Assembly (NCBI RefSeq): GCF_021869535.1
Contig: NW_026262582.1
Location: 5,394,001-5,458,000 of the forward strand
DNA: 64,000 bases
Source: Mytilus californianus
Taxonomy: Eukaryota
Direction: 5' to 3'
Positions 50,705 through 62,608 of this stretch are shown here, piece by piece. The position numbers were made by a program, and so were the translations under genes. Numbering within the stretch: the first letter of the stretch is position 1; every line of letters starts with the position of its first letter. Below the pieces are notes generated by a model. The model did no database searches, was not told where the DNA came from, and saw only the letters and a list, made by a program, of their open reading frames with translations.

Positions 50705-53700
50705 GTCATCGTTAATATATCTGTTCATCATTGCAATCTCCGATGAAATCATGCAGATAATTACTATCTATCTGATAAGGAATCTTTCCGTTGTATATAG
50801 AAGAGGATAGAAAGAAGGGGGGATTTCCATTACTTTATTCTTTTTTCTTTTAAATAGTTTCGCACCCAATTTTACTCTATTATTTATTTTGTTTACCCAT
50901 TTTTCACTATTCCTTATTTTTGATGGTTTATTATTCGTAATTTTTTTTTTTGCCAATTTTTCTCTATTCCTTATTTTTGATGGTTTATTATTCGCAATTT
51001 TATTTTTTGTTTTGCCAATTTTTCTCTATTTCTTATTTTTTGTTTTGCTCATTATCCGCTTTTCCGTCAACCCGACCACGACACTAATATAAGGTCATGA
51101 GTAATGTGCATGTGATATGAGAATGAATGACAATTTAAATGTTTTGAGACATTTTTCTATGAGTTAGAGAGGCATCATTATAGATACATCTCGTATTTAT
51201 TTGATTCCGTAAGAGAATTAAGGTCTTTCTTATCTAAAAATAGATTACGTTGTTTTAAATTATCTCAGTTGAGTTGCATATTTTTATAAAAGATTACTTT
51301 TATGATGTTGTCATTTCGATAATGTATTAATTTACGACGATGTGGATCGTTTTAATTCTTTCAGACACTGTATTAGCATCATATGTGTATTGAAGTAATT
51401 AAAGATATTTTGTCAAATACATGTAGCGATTAGATGAACTTTTAACTTAGAATACTTTAAAAATGTCATGTAAACGATAGCGATTTGTATCTATTCTATT
51501 TAACAAATTTCCCATCGGTGCTCAAACATATCAAATAGTATTGCAGAACAACAGCAGATTTAGTTACCAATCTTTTAATACCATCGGTTTCCGTTTAAAT
51601 ATTGATTAAATATTGTAATTGATGATTATAGATTTTACGACTGCATCGAGTGCGATACGAAATTTTCTATTCGAGACACTTATTGTTTTCAATTAAAAAC
51701 ACGAGACTTGCAGAGAGTTTTAATACCCTATAAACGACTATCGGTACGGTAGAAACAATCAAATCCTCCAATTGGTATTACAAGAATTGTTTTGGGTATC
51801 GTGTACGCCAGAATTTAGTCTCTGTTAATTGTTTAATCTGCCGTACCGAGAGCTGGTAACAAGGTGTTGTTTTAAATATTTAAATATATCCAAGGATTTG
51901 TATAGTAACACATTACTATACAAATCCTTGATATTTCTAAATATTGAATAGATTTTCTAACTATAAGTATTTTAGACGATATCTATGTTGGCAAATGGAA
52001 GTCGCCTTTTCGTGGCGTCACAGTGGAAAATTCAGATGAAAGCTACAAATTTTACGTCATTAATGAATTTTGACCAATGAAAAAAAAAACTTATATAAAA
52101 AGAACAACACATTGATCATATAAAAAAATATTCTTCGTTCGGGTAAAATCGGCTAAATATAATCTATTTGTACTTGGACGATTTGATGCTGTTTTAACAC
52201 ACTTTAAACACTGGTTGTTTCCCTTTGCCAATTGTAGACTTGTTCTATACCGGACTATACCGGGCAAAAGGGATGGTGCAAATTAAAAGCAGGATAAGTT
52301 GAAAGTGATATATTGACGTTTTAGATAATTTATAATCAAAGGTAACATTGGTATCAAAAATGTTTGCTTAACAAAAGATTTAATCTGAGTGAAAAGATTA
52401 CACACATTACGCACAGATAAATTTGGTATTTCAGCCAGCTCCACTAAGCTAGACAACCGATAGTAGAAAGGTTCGTAAGACCTCACGGGGGGTAACTTCA
52501 ATATTTTTTTGGTAGGGGTGTTCCATTTGTGACTCAAAAAACGTACCCATTTTAGTATAACATTCACTGAAATTCAGTACCTATGGTTATATAAATATTT
52601 TAGAAGTAATGATCCATACTTATATACAATATTTAAAATATGACCCATGCTTATATAGGCACTAAATCTATATCATCACAACTACCCTTAAGTTTTTATA
52701 TATGAATTGACATCGTTTGGTGCACATATATTTTATCGTTATATATATGCATAGATTGTTGGATTAACTGCACGTTTAAGTGGGTGTTAGATTTTAGTAG
52801 GTGCGGGTGTCTATAGCGCATTAGCCATTCTACTATGTAGGAGTGTGCCGAAATAGAACGATGTTACTTATTTATAGTGCCGTCGGCACTTGCTTCAAGA
52901 TGTGGGTGTTAATATAATGATTAACCATTAATAATGCAAGATTCTCAATAGCAAATTTATATTTGATATGTAGATCATACCCAAAATCAATATACAGTTA
53001 TTAAACGTAAATGCATTTTAATGTAGGATGTCATTGTAAAGGAGGGCCATTTTGATATACAATCTCGCAAAATTATGACCCATATGTTTGACACATCCCC
53101 GTATACCCAATAATAGGAAGTTACCCCCCCCCCCCCTCTTCATGGACCCTATTCACGTTTCTTTTTTTTTAAACAGGCATAGACATGCTGTTTGCTTCAA
53201 AAAAACTAAAATCAAATTACGTCATCATTTTCGCTTTATCAGCTGGTTTCCTATAGATAACTCGGATGAACCCAAGATCTGATGGCTGGCGAATAACTCA
53301 AAAATGCTATATCTCCTGTAGACTACTAGCAGTTGCTTTTTCAAGTCAAATATCAAACATTTCAGCCACATTTAAGACAGTAACATGCTAGTATTTAACC
53401 TTTAATCAGTTGTCTAGTTTCTGTGGGCATAGAGGCTGGAAAGGGATAACAAAAAAAGTTGAATGTGTTTTGCAATGTCTGAGGACTGGATAATACATTT
53501 AATGAATGCATCAGACGTGATTGTGTTTAAAATAAACATCCTTCCCCAATACAAGACTGGAGAAGTTAAGTGACTATAATTCTACACTTATGTGACTCTT
53601 TCTTGACTTGCTTTGGTTGCCCTTTTCCTTAAAACTTCACAGCGTAGACCTCTTTTGTTCTTTGAATAGTCTTAAATATTTCTAATCAACTAACTTTTTC

Positions 53701-53774
53701 TTAATAATGCCATGACCCACCAATGCATACAATATTAAATTCGTGTAATTTCTACCATATAAAAATAAGAAGAT

Positions 53775-54240
53775 GAGGTATGATTGCTAATGAGACAACT
53801 ATCTACCAAAGTTAAAATGAAGTGGATGTAAGCAATTATAGGCAAACGTACGGCCTTCAACAACGAGAAAACCCTATACCGTATAGTCGGCTATAAAAGG
53901 TTCTTTTTGATAAGATAACTCCTTACGTTTTACATTCCAGGCTTTCAAATATTTAGGGTTAAACGTTTCTGATGAAAGTAGATCCAGGAAAACGCTGATA
54001 ACCAATGAGACAACTATCTACCAACGTTTAAATGAAGTGGATGTGAGCAATTAAAGGCAACCGAACGGTCTTCAACAATGAGAAAAACCCATACCATATA
54101 GTCGGCTATAAAAGATTCGTTTTGATAATAGCTCCTAACGTTTTACATTCCAGGCTTTCAAAGATTTAGGGTTAAACGTTTCTGATAAAAACGCTTCGAA
54201 CGAACAAAATTTATCATGTGTTATTTTCATTCAATAGATG
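53775..54240 (+). repeat. Two tandem ~215-bp chimeric units (family A part + HHR-bearing family H part)
   Basis: AATGAGACAAC at 53789 and 54004; each unit ends in TTACATTCCAGGCTTTCAAA..TTTAGGGTTAAACGTTTCTGAT. Confidence 0.85.
53961..53996 (+). ncRNA. Degenerate hammerhead motif (family H)
   Basis: CUGAUGA at 53969-53975, then AAGUAGAUCCAG GAAA ACGCU; truncated before the cleavage triplet. Confidence 0.45.
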
Positions 54241-54379
54241 TATGTATAAATCCAATATTTTAAGGTTTTAAAGTAAACATTCAAGTGATCATTTTAATTC
54301 TAATTTCAGAACAGAAATGTAGATTGAATTCATACTGTCTTTAGAATGTTTATATCCTTGATATTTGAATAAACAATAA

Positions 54380-54436
54380 ATGGCATACAACACAACGAAT
54401 GGTTTTATACCCACAATGAATGCATCTTATTCCAAT
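54380..54436 (+). CDS. GPCR coding exon 1 (MAYNTTNGFIPTMNASYSN)
   Basis: ATG preceded by an in-frame TAA; two N-glycosylation sequons (NTT, NAS); consensus GTGAGT donor in phase 0, matching the phase-0 acceptor at 56863; candidate upstream acceptor TTTCAG at 54309. Confidence 0.75.
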
Positions 54437-54919
54437 GTGAGTGTTATTAGTAGCTTTGACACAGCTTTGATGAATGAATCGAGAAAGAAGATAAACTTTC
54501 CTTCTGTAAGTATAGACTTTCGTGGAAATTATGATCTTAGTAAAAGAAAATATAAAATAGGAAGATGTGCAATGATTGCCATTGAGACAATCTTCACCAG
54601 AGACCAAAATGTCGTATTTTTTTTTACGATAAAAATTACACGTAAAAATTCAAATGCACGAGTTATATGGACATGTTATCAAAAATATTTACTTCGATCA
54701 TGTTGTTTAAAAGTTTTATTAAATAAACCCGATAAATACTGATGACAGAAGTCGTTTTAGGAACGGTAAACTAATTGCCTGATTTGTTTAGAAACCACGT
54801 GGTCCACTAGGGTACACATTCTTTAAATGATCTGCCATTGCGCGATTAGGCAATATCAGCATTCTCAATGTATTAATTATCAAACCCAAGGGACTTATAC
54901 TATCAGTTTCTATTTAAGA

Positions 54920-55072
54920 AATAATTCTGTCATGCTCTATGCTCATTTTAACATAGGTAGGCATTATATTTGTCGATATCTTACACTGAGCGTTAGCGAG
55001 GTGTAAAATATGGTCAAATATAATGCATACCCATGTTTAAATGAGCATAAAACATGACATGATGGAATTATT
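54920..55072. mobile_element. Fold-back (long hairpin) MITE-like element in GPCR intron 1
   Basis: ~70-bp arms AATAATTC..TGTCATG.T.TATGCTCATTT.AACAT.GGTA.GCATTATATTTG..ATA.TTTACAC in inverted orientation around a short spacer. Confidence 0.8.
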
Positions 55073-55864
55073 TCGATTTTAATAGGACAAATGCAGTATT
55101 TTTATAGGTCGAAGCGAAAATACCTTAGAAAAGTTTGGCTGTTCCCGTTTCTTCCCCATGGAGTATTTACATTACATTTAAAAATTAATAGCATGGTAAA
55201 TATATGTTGATTGAATAACAATATATAATAAAATGTTATGTAAGCAGCTAAAATGTATATATTTTATTAGGGTAAAAAAGGAAATAACGAAAATGTTACG
55301 TAAGATTGTTCGCATGTGTCAAACATATTTTGTGCTGCTTAGAACACCGCTTTGTTTACAAAACGTAATAAGGACGTCATATTAGAATTTTAAATGAATA
55401 CTTATACAAACATCAAAGATCGTATAAACAATTGTTTAACCGTTATGTGATATATACAGTGCATACAAATGATACAATTTATCGCTTATGAGAAGAGATT
55501 GTCATTTTAATTTTACGGTATCTGACTTTTCGATTTTTTAGTCACTACCTGATCATTAATAGATTAAAATTTCTATCGATTAGTACTTATCTGTCTTTTC
55601 TTTTTTTAAGTTATTTTTGTGCTAAAGCTTAGTATCAATTCGATGAGTCAAACTTTTTTCCATTGACTTTTATAGTTTGTTCTTATGGTGTGCTGTTACA
55701 CCACTAATAAAGGATGGAGGGTTGAAAATGAGGCTCACAAACATTTTTCACCCTGCCAATTCCTTTATATGCCTGCTCAAAGTAAGGAGCCCTTAAACCA
55801 GGCTGTCACAGATTAAGGCGACAGCAGTTTTCGGATGTCAAAATCTTAGAAATCGATTAGGAAG

Positions 55865-56415
55865 TGACAAATCAAGGTAACACACAAAAACTGAAGAAAA
55901 AGCATTAACTTCAAAAGGAGCAAGACCGGATGAGTCGACAGGATAAGCGTATCCTGCTCTGCATGCATCACCCGCCGTGCTCAATTAAAATGTCACAATC
56001 CGGAATAGGACACAATCGGTTAAATAACAGATCAGATTACTATATTGGTATATAAAGATCTGAGACCGCGAAAACATGTCACTAGTTAGTTGAGACACCG
56101 ACACATCGTTTTGGTCAACCAATTCCTGATTGTGAACGCACAACCTATATAGTGTCGAATCAGTCGTTCACTCTCATTACTCTGTTGGAGTAGTTTTTGC
56201 GTAAGGACCCCTGTTAATGAAGTCTTTATAGTGTTAACAAGCACGAGTGTAACGTATTGACTGATATATGTAAACGCTATACCATGGAAGAGAGGGTATG
56301 TTACTGTTGAGAAATGGGCAGTGTTGACAATTAGAAAGTTAAAATCATCACGTTTGTCATAGATTCTATTTTGGAGTCGTCTATCTGTGTCAATATCATA
56401 CTATACGATATGAGT
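55865..56415 (-). mobile_element. Penelope-like remnant (RT C-terminus + family B UTR) in GPCR intron 1
   Basis: Minus-strand translation with frameshifts: IDTDRRLQNRIYDKRDDFNFLIVN..NSNIPSLPWYSVYIYQSIRYTRAC*HYKDFINRG..LTQKLLQQ..NQELVDQNDVSVSQLTSDMF. Confidence 0.8.
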
Positions 56416-56862
56416 TGCTTCTTGTTGAAGGCAGAGCGGTGAGATGCAGTTATTCACATTCTAGTATTGATATAAAAAATCATAGATATAAGAAATAAAA
56501 AAAAAAAATTGATTAAAAACAGAAACCTACTTGATCTAGATCTGTAACACAGTTTAGACAGCAAATCAGAACGAAACGGAAACTATTCAAATAGTATCTT
56601 CCGAGTATAATTCCTATTATCCATAAGTTTTGTTTTAATTTGCCTGGTTGCTTCAGACGTGTGATTAAACTGTGAATTGTCGTACGACAGATGGACGAAG
56701 GAACAGAAAATTTAGCAACGGACGCAAAGTGATGACAATAGCTCACATACACTGTGCAAAAATGTAGTCCTAATGGTCAGCTGTGCTAAAAGAAATCTTT
56801 CTCTTTTTTTCAATGTTCTAGTTTATATTATATTTATATCTTTTTTGTGTACTTGTCTTCAG

Positions 56863-57004
56863 GCAGCCAATGAAGTAACAAAATGGCTGGCAGTGGGAAT
56901 TCTGGTCGGAATTTTGGTGTTTAATTCAACTATACTGATATTACTTCTGCGCAAGAAACATAATAGTAGGATGGCTTTCTTCGTACAAAATTTAGCAATA
57001 GCAG
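56863..57004 (+). CDS. GPCR coding exon 2 (TM1, ICL1, start of TM2)
   Basis: TCTTCAG acceptor; AANEVTKWLAVGILVGILVFNSTILILLLRKKHNSRMAFFVQNLAIA; G|GTAACA donor, phase 1. Confidence 0.92.
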
Positions 57005-57060
57005 GTAACAAATTCATAATATATCAGTATGAAATATGAAAATAACACTTTATAAATTGT

Positions 57061-57110
57061 ATGCATCCGAAGCGCTCTTCTGGATTTACCTTCACGAGGA
57101 ACACTCAAAC
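57061..57110 (-). ncRNA. Mutated hammerhead motif (family H) in GPCR intron 2
   Basis: Minus strand GAGUGUUC CUCGUGA AGGUAAAUCCA GAAG AGCGCUUC GGAUGC; stems retained, both core strands mutated. Confidence 0.6.
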
Positions 57111-57554
57111 CACAATATCGGAAAACCAATTGAAGAATGTATATCTACCGAATCACAACACAGATCTATATCACCAAAAGGGAAAAAACAATAACAGCAA
57201 AATCCATCTAAGGTCAACTTTGTCTGAGGAAACCTTAGTTTTTGAAGAAATTTCCAAATTTAAAAACGGTCAATTTAAGAATGGTACCTATATAACATAA
57301 AAAATTACTATAGAGGTATTCAGAAACGCTAATATGGTTAATATATCTATAATTATAAAATGAAATGTATAACTAAACATGTATTGCTATACAGTAACAA
57401 ACACTAATGGCCTATTTCCTGTCGATATTTCTATTTTGCTACACTACATTATAAATGTTTTAGAAATGTACAGATTGCTATTTTGGCCTGGGATAATAGT
57501 TATTAGTTGAACTATCTTTTAGTAACTGTTAGTACTCTTATATGTTTTCTAATT

Positions 57555-57985
57555 GTTATTTATGTTGTTCCTAGTAACAATCTGATGATTTCAACGCTTT
57601 CCAACTGATTTTTATAATATGTTTTTATGTCGTGTTGCTACACAATTTTTACAGACTAGTGGAGGGATGAGCGTTTAAAACATATGTTTAACACCACCAC
57701 TTTTTTATGTTACTGTTCAAAGCCTGTAATTCAGTGGTTGTATTTGCTTGATGTCTGCTATAATGTTTTTGCTTGTGTATTATTGTATCATACACCAGGC
57801 CGTTATTTTGTTTTTTGAACTGTCATATTTTGTCATCCTGTGTTTTGTTTTATAACTTACTACACGGTATTAGTTTGGCTTATAATGGAAGACTGTACGG
57901 TTACAATTAACTATTCAAATCTTCGTCTTTTTGTCTTTTATGTATACTTGTCATTTTGTCAGACATTACACATCTCATTTTTTTT
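57555..57985 (-). repeat. Long degenerate family A copy in GPCR intron 2
   Basis: CTGATGATTTCAAC...CAACTGATTTTTAT...GCCTGTAATTCAGTGGTTG...GGCCGTTA...CTGTACGGT. Confidence 0.65.
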
Positions 57986-58961
57986 TATACAGAAATAAAA
58001 ATTGTGAATTTGACATAAAGTCTACATTAATTGTCCAATATAAGTCTATTTAAATGATACTACGAAGAAAAAGTGATGAGTCGAAAATAAATTTGTTTGT
58101 TTTCAAAGTACAGCAAATGTACTGACTGCCTAATTCGGTTATAATTTCTTAAGGATGTTTGCTCTTCTAGTTTTTGATTTTTGCCAGGTATTGGGAATCC
58201 TCTGGTTTTACCTATGTAGTGCCATTAAACATTTTGCCCGCAAACCCCTACTTTTCTTTTCACAGTTGTATTACATACAGTTTAAATAAGCCATTTTCCA
58301 AAATCTTATAAAATCTTTGTTATTTTTTCATATTGTTTTAAGGAAAAGGTGCCAATGTTATATGTATGAAAAATCTAGAGAGAATCATTTCCCGCCAAAT
58401 TTTCTATGGCTCATATCTCGAAAACAAGCACACAGACCCTTCATTTTTTTCTGCTTTTTTAGTTCCTTTATTCATATACTTTCAATTTGTGACAGTCTTT
58501 TAAAAAGCTTGTTATTTTGAAACAAGAGTAGCAAACATCCTTAAAATCAATATGATCAAAATATATTAGCTTCTAGGAAACAGGCGGATGTAATTAAACA
58601 TTTAAACAGTTTTACGAGCACCTTGTACCGCCTTGAGATTAGACTATTGCATGTTAACGTCCTATTCTGTATAGTGTCTCGTAATTCATTCATTTTCTCA
58701 TGGTATTGATTGTGCAACACAAAGGATTTTGCTTATTTGGATATATCGCTCTTGAATATAATAACTTCAATTACTTTGCCCTATAAATAGGACAATTTAA
58801 AAAAAAAAACTAACAGTCTGATTAATACCAAATTTCAGAAAGATCTGATTTGTAGATCCCAAGAAAAATGCGAACGAAATAATAGTGTTAACAATTATGA
58901 TAATATTTTTTTTTTCTGTTTTGTAGTCATTACATTAATCAATTAAATTTTCCTGTTTCAG

Positions 58962-59284
58962 ATTTTTGTGTTGGTTTAATTTATGTTTTACCCGAGGTTA
59001 TTATATTCAGATTTCATATCGGTTGGACTAGATACGCCTGTTATATATTGTATGGAGTAAAGATGTTCCCTATTTATGTATCTACGTTTGCTATCATTAC
59101 CTTGACACTTGATCGTTTGTATGTTATTCGAAGACCTATATCATCTTCTGGCAGAGGTGTGAAATACAGAGTATCATTGATAGTGACAACGTGGGTTCTG
59201 GCAATATTACTTTCTCTTCCATATATGGTGTGTGTAAGATTCAACAATGGAAAATGTAGACATGATTTTGGCAATTCTAAAAAG
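58962..59284 (+). CDS. GPCR coding exon 3 (TM2-TM4, ECL2)
   Basis: TTTCAG acceptor completes the D of LAIAD; DFCVGLIYVLPEV..ACYILY..TLDRLYVI..WVLAILLSLPY..KCRHDFGNSKK; AAG|GTAAAG donor, phase 0. Confidence 0.95.
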
Positions 59285-60151
59285 GTAAAGTTTCTATTTT
59301 TTATCCTATGGAACCATTATTTATTTGAAAATAATGTTTTCGTTTTTTACTTTCTTTAATATGGAAGAATATAAAACGGAAATAATGAACATTTTTAAGT
59401 CGAATAAAGAGAACGAAAACACAAAACGGTCCATGGAACACAGCATAGAAAAAATAGGGTGAGAAATTGAAGCTTACAAGACATAACACAGAATGCAATA
59501 CGTGAGAAAATGCATTCAACTATATACTATTAGATGGTTTCGTTTCATTTTTTAATAGTTTAATATTTGGTAAGTGAGGTCTATCAAAATGAGATAAAGT
59601 ATATAACAGAGTCTGCTTGACATCTTGACATACATCTCGAAATTTACAATGAGGGTCGGTTGAAATCAAACTTAACGGCAAAAGCGATGATTTCATTTTT
59701 TCCATTTTGAACTTTCTGTGTAGCAACAGTACATGAGTGAAAGATAAAAAAAGAGAGAAAAGTAAGAGTAATTGAGATGTACCTTGTGTTCTGGAAGGTT
59801 TCCAATTTTACTCAATTATACGTCCGCTACAAAGGAGGGAACTTGTTTACCTCTGCAAATTTGTCTATCCGGAACACATTTCTGTCGCATTTTCTCAGCA
59901 TATACAAGTTATAGCCTCTTGTTATAATACACCAAGCTTCATATGGTTATGCCTAGCCCTATGACATGTATAGAGTTCTTCTATCTAACTTGTACTTCAT
60001 CAATCCAAATATTGTATTTCTAAAATTTTATGACAAAATATATGACATTATACAGCAATTACAAGTCATACCCTCTTGGAGTCTTGGAATATGCCAAGGC
60101 ATATTCAGTGAACAATTACTAACAGAACATTGTGTTTCTTTATGCATTTAG

Positions 60152-60290
60152 GTTATGCTTATGTTTGATATCAGCCTCATTCTGATTTTACCTGTCCTTA
60201 TCATTGGAGCGTGCTATATAAGTATAGTTGTGACAATATGTCGGCGCGAGAGAAATATACTTTTAAATGAGAATATCAGAAGAAGCCTAA
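60152..60290 (+). CDS. GPCR coding exon 4 (TM5, ICL3 start)
   Basis: TTTAG acceptor; VMLMFDISLILILPVLIIGACYISIVVTICRRERNILLNENIRRSL; A|GTAAGT donor, phase 1. Absent from the ORF track. Confidence 0.9.
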
Positions 60291-61221
60291 GTAAGTAAAA
60301 ATAATTGAAAAATAAACAAATATAATTGAGTATAGGTATACACAACATTTAGTTAAACAAATACACACAACGAAAATACAAGACCTTATTATACTTAGTT
60401 AAAACGTGATAACTACATACTTGCAGTAAATTGAAATAACATATAATCAAGATGACCTGCAATATAAAATAAGAAGACAGATAATAACTACCAAAATGAG
60501 ACAATTATTCCAGCAGAGAAGAATTGTCGTAGCTGTTAGCAACCTCAGTTCAAGGTAAGGTTTTGAACAATGAGCAAAACATGACAAAAAACACATATCG
60601 CAATTTTGTTCAGTTGATGACAATGCTAAGTTTCATCATAATTTCTTATCAATTAATTTTGCATAAATACAATTACTTTTTGCAAGAGACAATTTCTAAT
60701 AGACTATGACTCTTAAACTCTTAGGTAGTACCACAATAGTGAGGTACACGATCACTCAAAACATGACACATTCACAATTCTTGTAAGAGGATAAAAAAGA
60801 TCAGTTTCCTCTAGTAAAGATTTGAAAAAAAGTTTTTCCGTTTTCTATCAAACCGAAACTTCAAACTCATTCAGTGTCCATCACGTAAGATATTGTCTAC
60901 ACTTTACTTGACAAATTGGCTCCTTCTTTCATTTGGATTCCTTTTCGATAGGCCATTTTAATAATATATACAACAATGTCTTTTGATATCCTGCTTGCAT
61001 TAAGTTTATACCTTAATAACCAATTGCCTTTTACTTTGTATTTCACTTTGTTTTCCTCATATATTTCTACGTGAAAGCAATGGTTATGTTTTTTTAGCAT
61101 TGCATACACAAAACTAAACATTTATTGAATCTATATATATTCATAAAATTATAAAACACAGGTTTGGACGAAATATATGAAATATGTTGATATTTGTTTT
61201 GAAGCTAGTATAAATTATTAA

Positions 61222-61474
61222 GGGGGACGGTGGGGGGCTCAGTGACCGATTGGTCTAAGTAGTTCAACTACTGTATCATTAGTCTGTCAACACTGAGGTA
61301 GTGAGTTCGAGTCAAACACGTGGCGGGTGCGTTCGCCTACAATATTGATTGACTGGGATCGTATGTTTCAATACCGAAGGTCAGCGGTTCTCTTCGGGCA
61401 CCACGGCGTCTTCCGTCAATAAAAACTGGCCGCCACAAAATAAAAGAAAGTGCTGAAAGTGGTGTTAAACGCCA
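61222..61474 (+). mobile_element. tRNA-derived SINE, near full length, in GPCR intron 4
   Basis: A-box-like TGACCGATTGG, B box GTTCGAGTC at 61305-61313, and 3' part AATAAAAACTGGCCGCCAC...GTGCTGAAAGTGGTGTTAAAC as in the other two copies; no TSD found. Confidence 0.85.
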
Positions 61475-61857
61475 CCAGTTTCACGTTGATACTGTTAGAA
61501 CTTAACACCGATAACAGTTTGATTTAAGGCAGTGACCAGTTATTTTATTGCCTCAGTAAAACAATTTTCAACTTAAATTAAAAAAAAATATGTTTTTACA
61601 ATAACATACAGGAATTAGAAAACGCGTTTGGAAATCAATGTCGTGTTTTTTGTTTTCTTCCTAATTTGCAATGGAAACAAACTCTTTATTCACGTCTCTT
61701 CTGAAACAAATACATCAAAATGTATCAAGTAAAGCATGTCCCCACAAAAGATGAATGGTCAGTTCATTAAGGATAAAACCCACAGGATTGTGTAACTTTT
61801 ACTTCGTATAATGTCTAAACGTATTGTTTAGAAACTGAATTGTAATACTATCTGTAG

Positions 61858-61959
61858 ATTCAACACATAAAAATGATGGTAAGACAAGAAGTACAAGGAA
61901 ACCTCTAATTGCTCAGGCAAAAATAAGGACAATCAAATTACTTCTGATCATCGTAACTG
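61858..61959 (+). CDS. GPCR coding exon 5 (ICL3, TM6 start)
   Basis: CTGTAG acceptor; (N)STHKNDGKTRSTRKPLIAQAKIRTIKLLLIIVT; G|GTATGT donor, phase 1. Confidence 0.92.
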
Positions 61960-62608
61960 GTATGTATTCAGAACTTACTAAATAAGTGGCAATAGTAGTT
62001 TACCGATGTTGAGATCTCATAAATCTAAGATACAAATCAAAGCAAAAGGCTGAGGGAATCGCATTTATTAAGATACAAATCAAAGTAAAAGGCAGAGGGA
62101 ATCGCATTAACTCCAAAAGGATGGTTTGTGTAGATAGGGCACGCGTCGGAGGTGGTAGCTGCATAATAACATAGAGGCAAAACCAGGATACATAATACGT
62201 TAAGAGTAAAAAGAACTGAAAAAGCGATGTTTCAAAGAGTCGAAAAAATCGTAAATCAAAAGACGATACACATCCGAAACCAACAAAACCAAAACAGAAA
62301 AACGAAATGTACAAATACAAAGAAAAATAAAGAAAAAAATACAACAACATTTTCTTGGGGGAAAGTATGAATGATAGCATTCTAAGGATCTCAAATTTTA
62401 TCTTAGTTTTCAGTTATGAGAGGTGTTAAATAAAACTCTTTTTAGAACCAATTGCAAAGACATTGGTATATGTTCAAAATATAATTATGTAGTTGACCTT
62501 TGACGTTAATGTATTGACGACGAAAGCACCGTTGTTAAATTTGATTCCATCTTTTAAGTGCCACAATTTCCTATTTCAAAATACACATATGTATGTTTTC
62601 TTTTACAG

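Noticed and set aside
52876-52890. Perfect palindrome AGTGCCG-T-CGGCACT as a Helitron 3' hairpin
   Set aside because: No clear CTRR terminus or matching 5' end; single occurrence.
54437-54742. Extension of ORF 54380-54742 as coding
   Set aside because: A consensus donor at 54437 gives an in-phase join to exon 2, and the remainder includes family A sequence.
57061-57300. 79-aa ORF in GPCR intron 2
   Set aside because: It is the opposite strand of a family H repeat; no splice fit with the gene model.
58066-58085. GTGATGAGTCGAAA as a hammerhead
   Set aside because: First core base is wrong and no stem II or stem I.
61222-61320. tRNA gene
   Set aside because: A/B boxes are present but there is no full cloverleaf and the sequence continues into a SINE body and tail.
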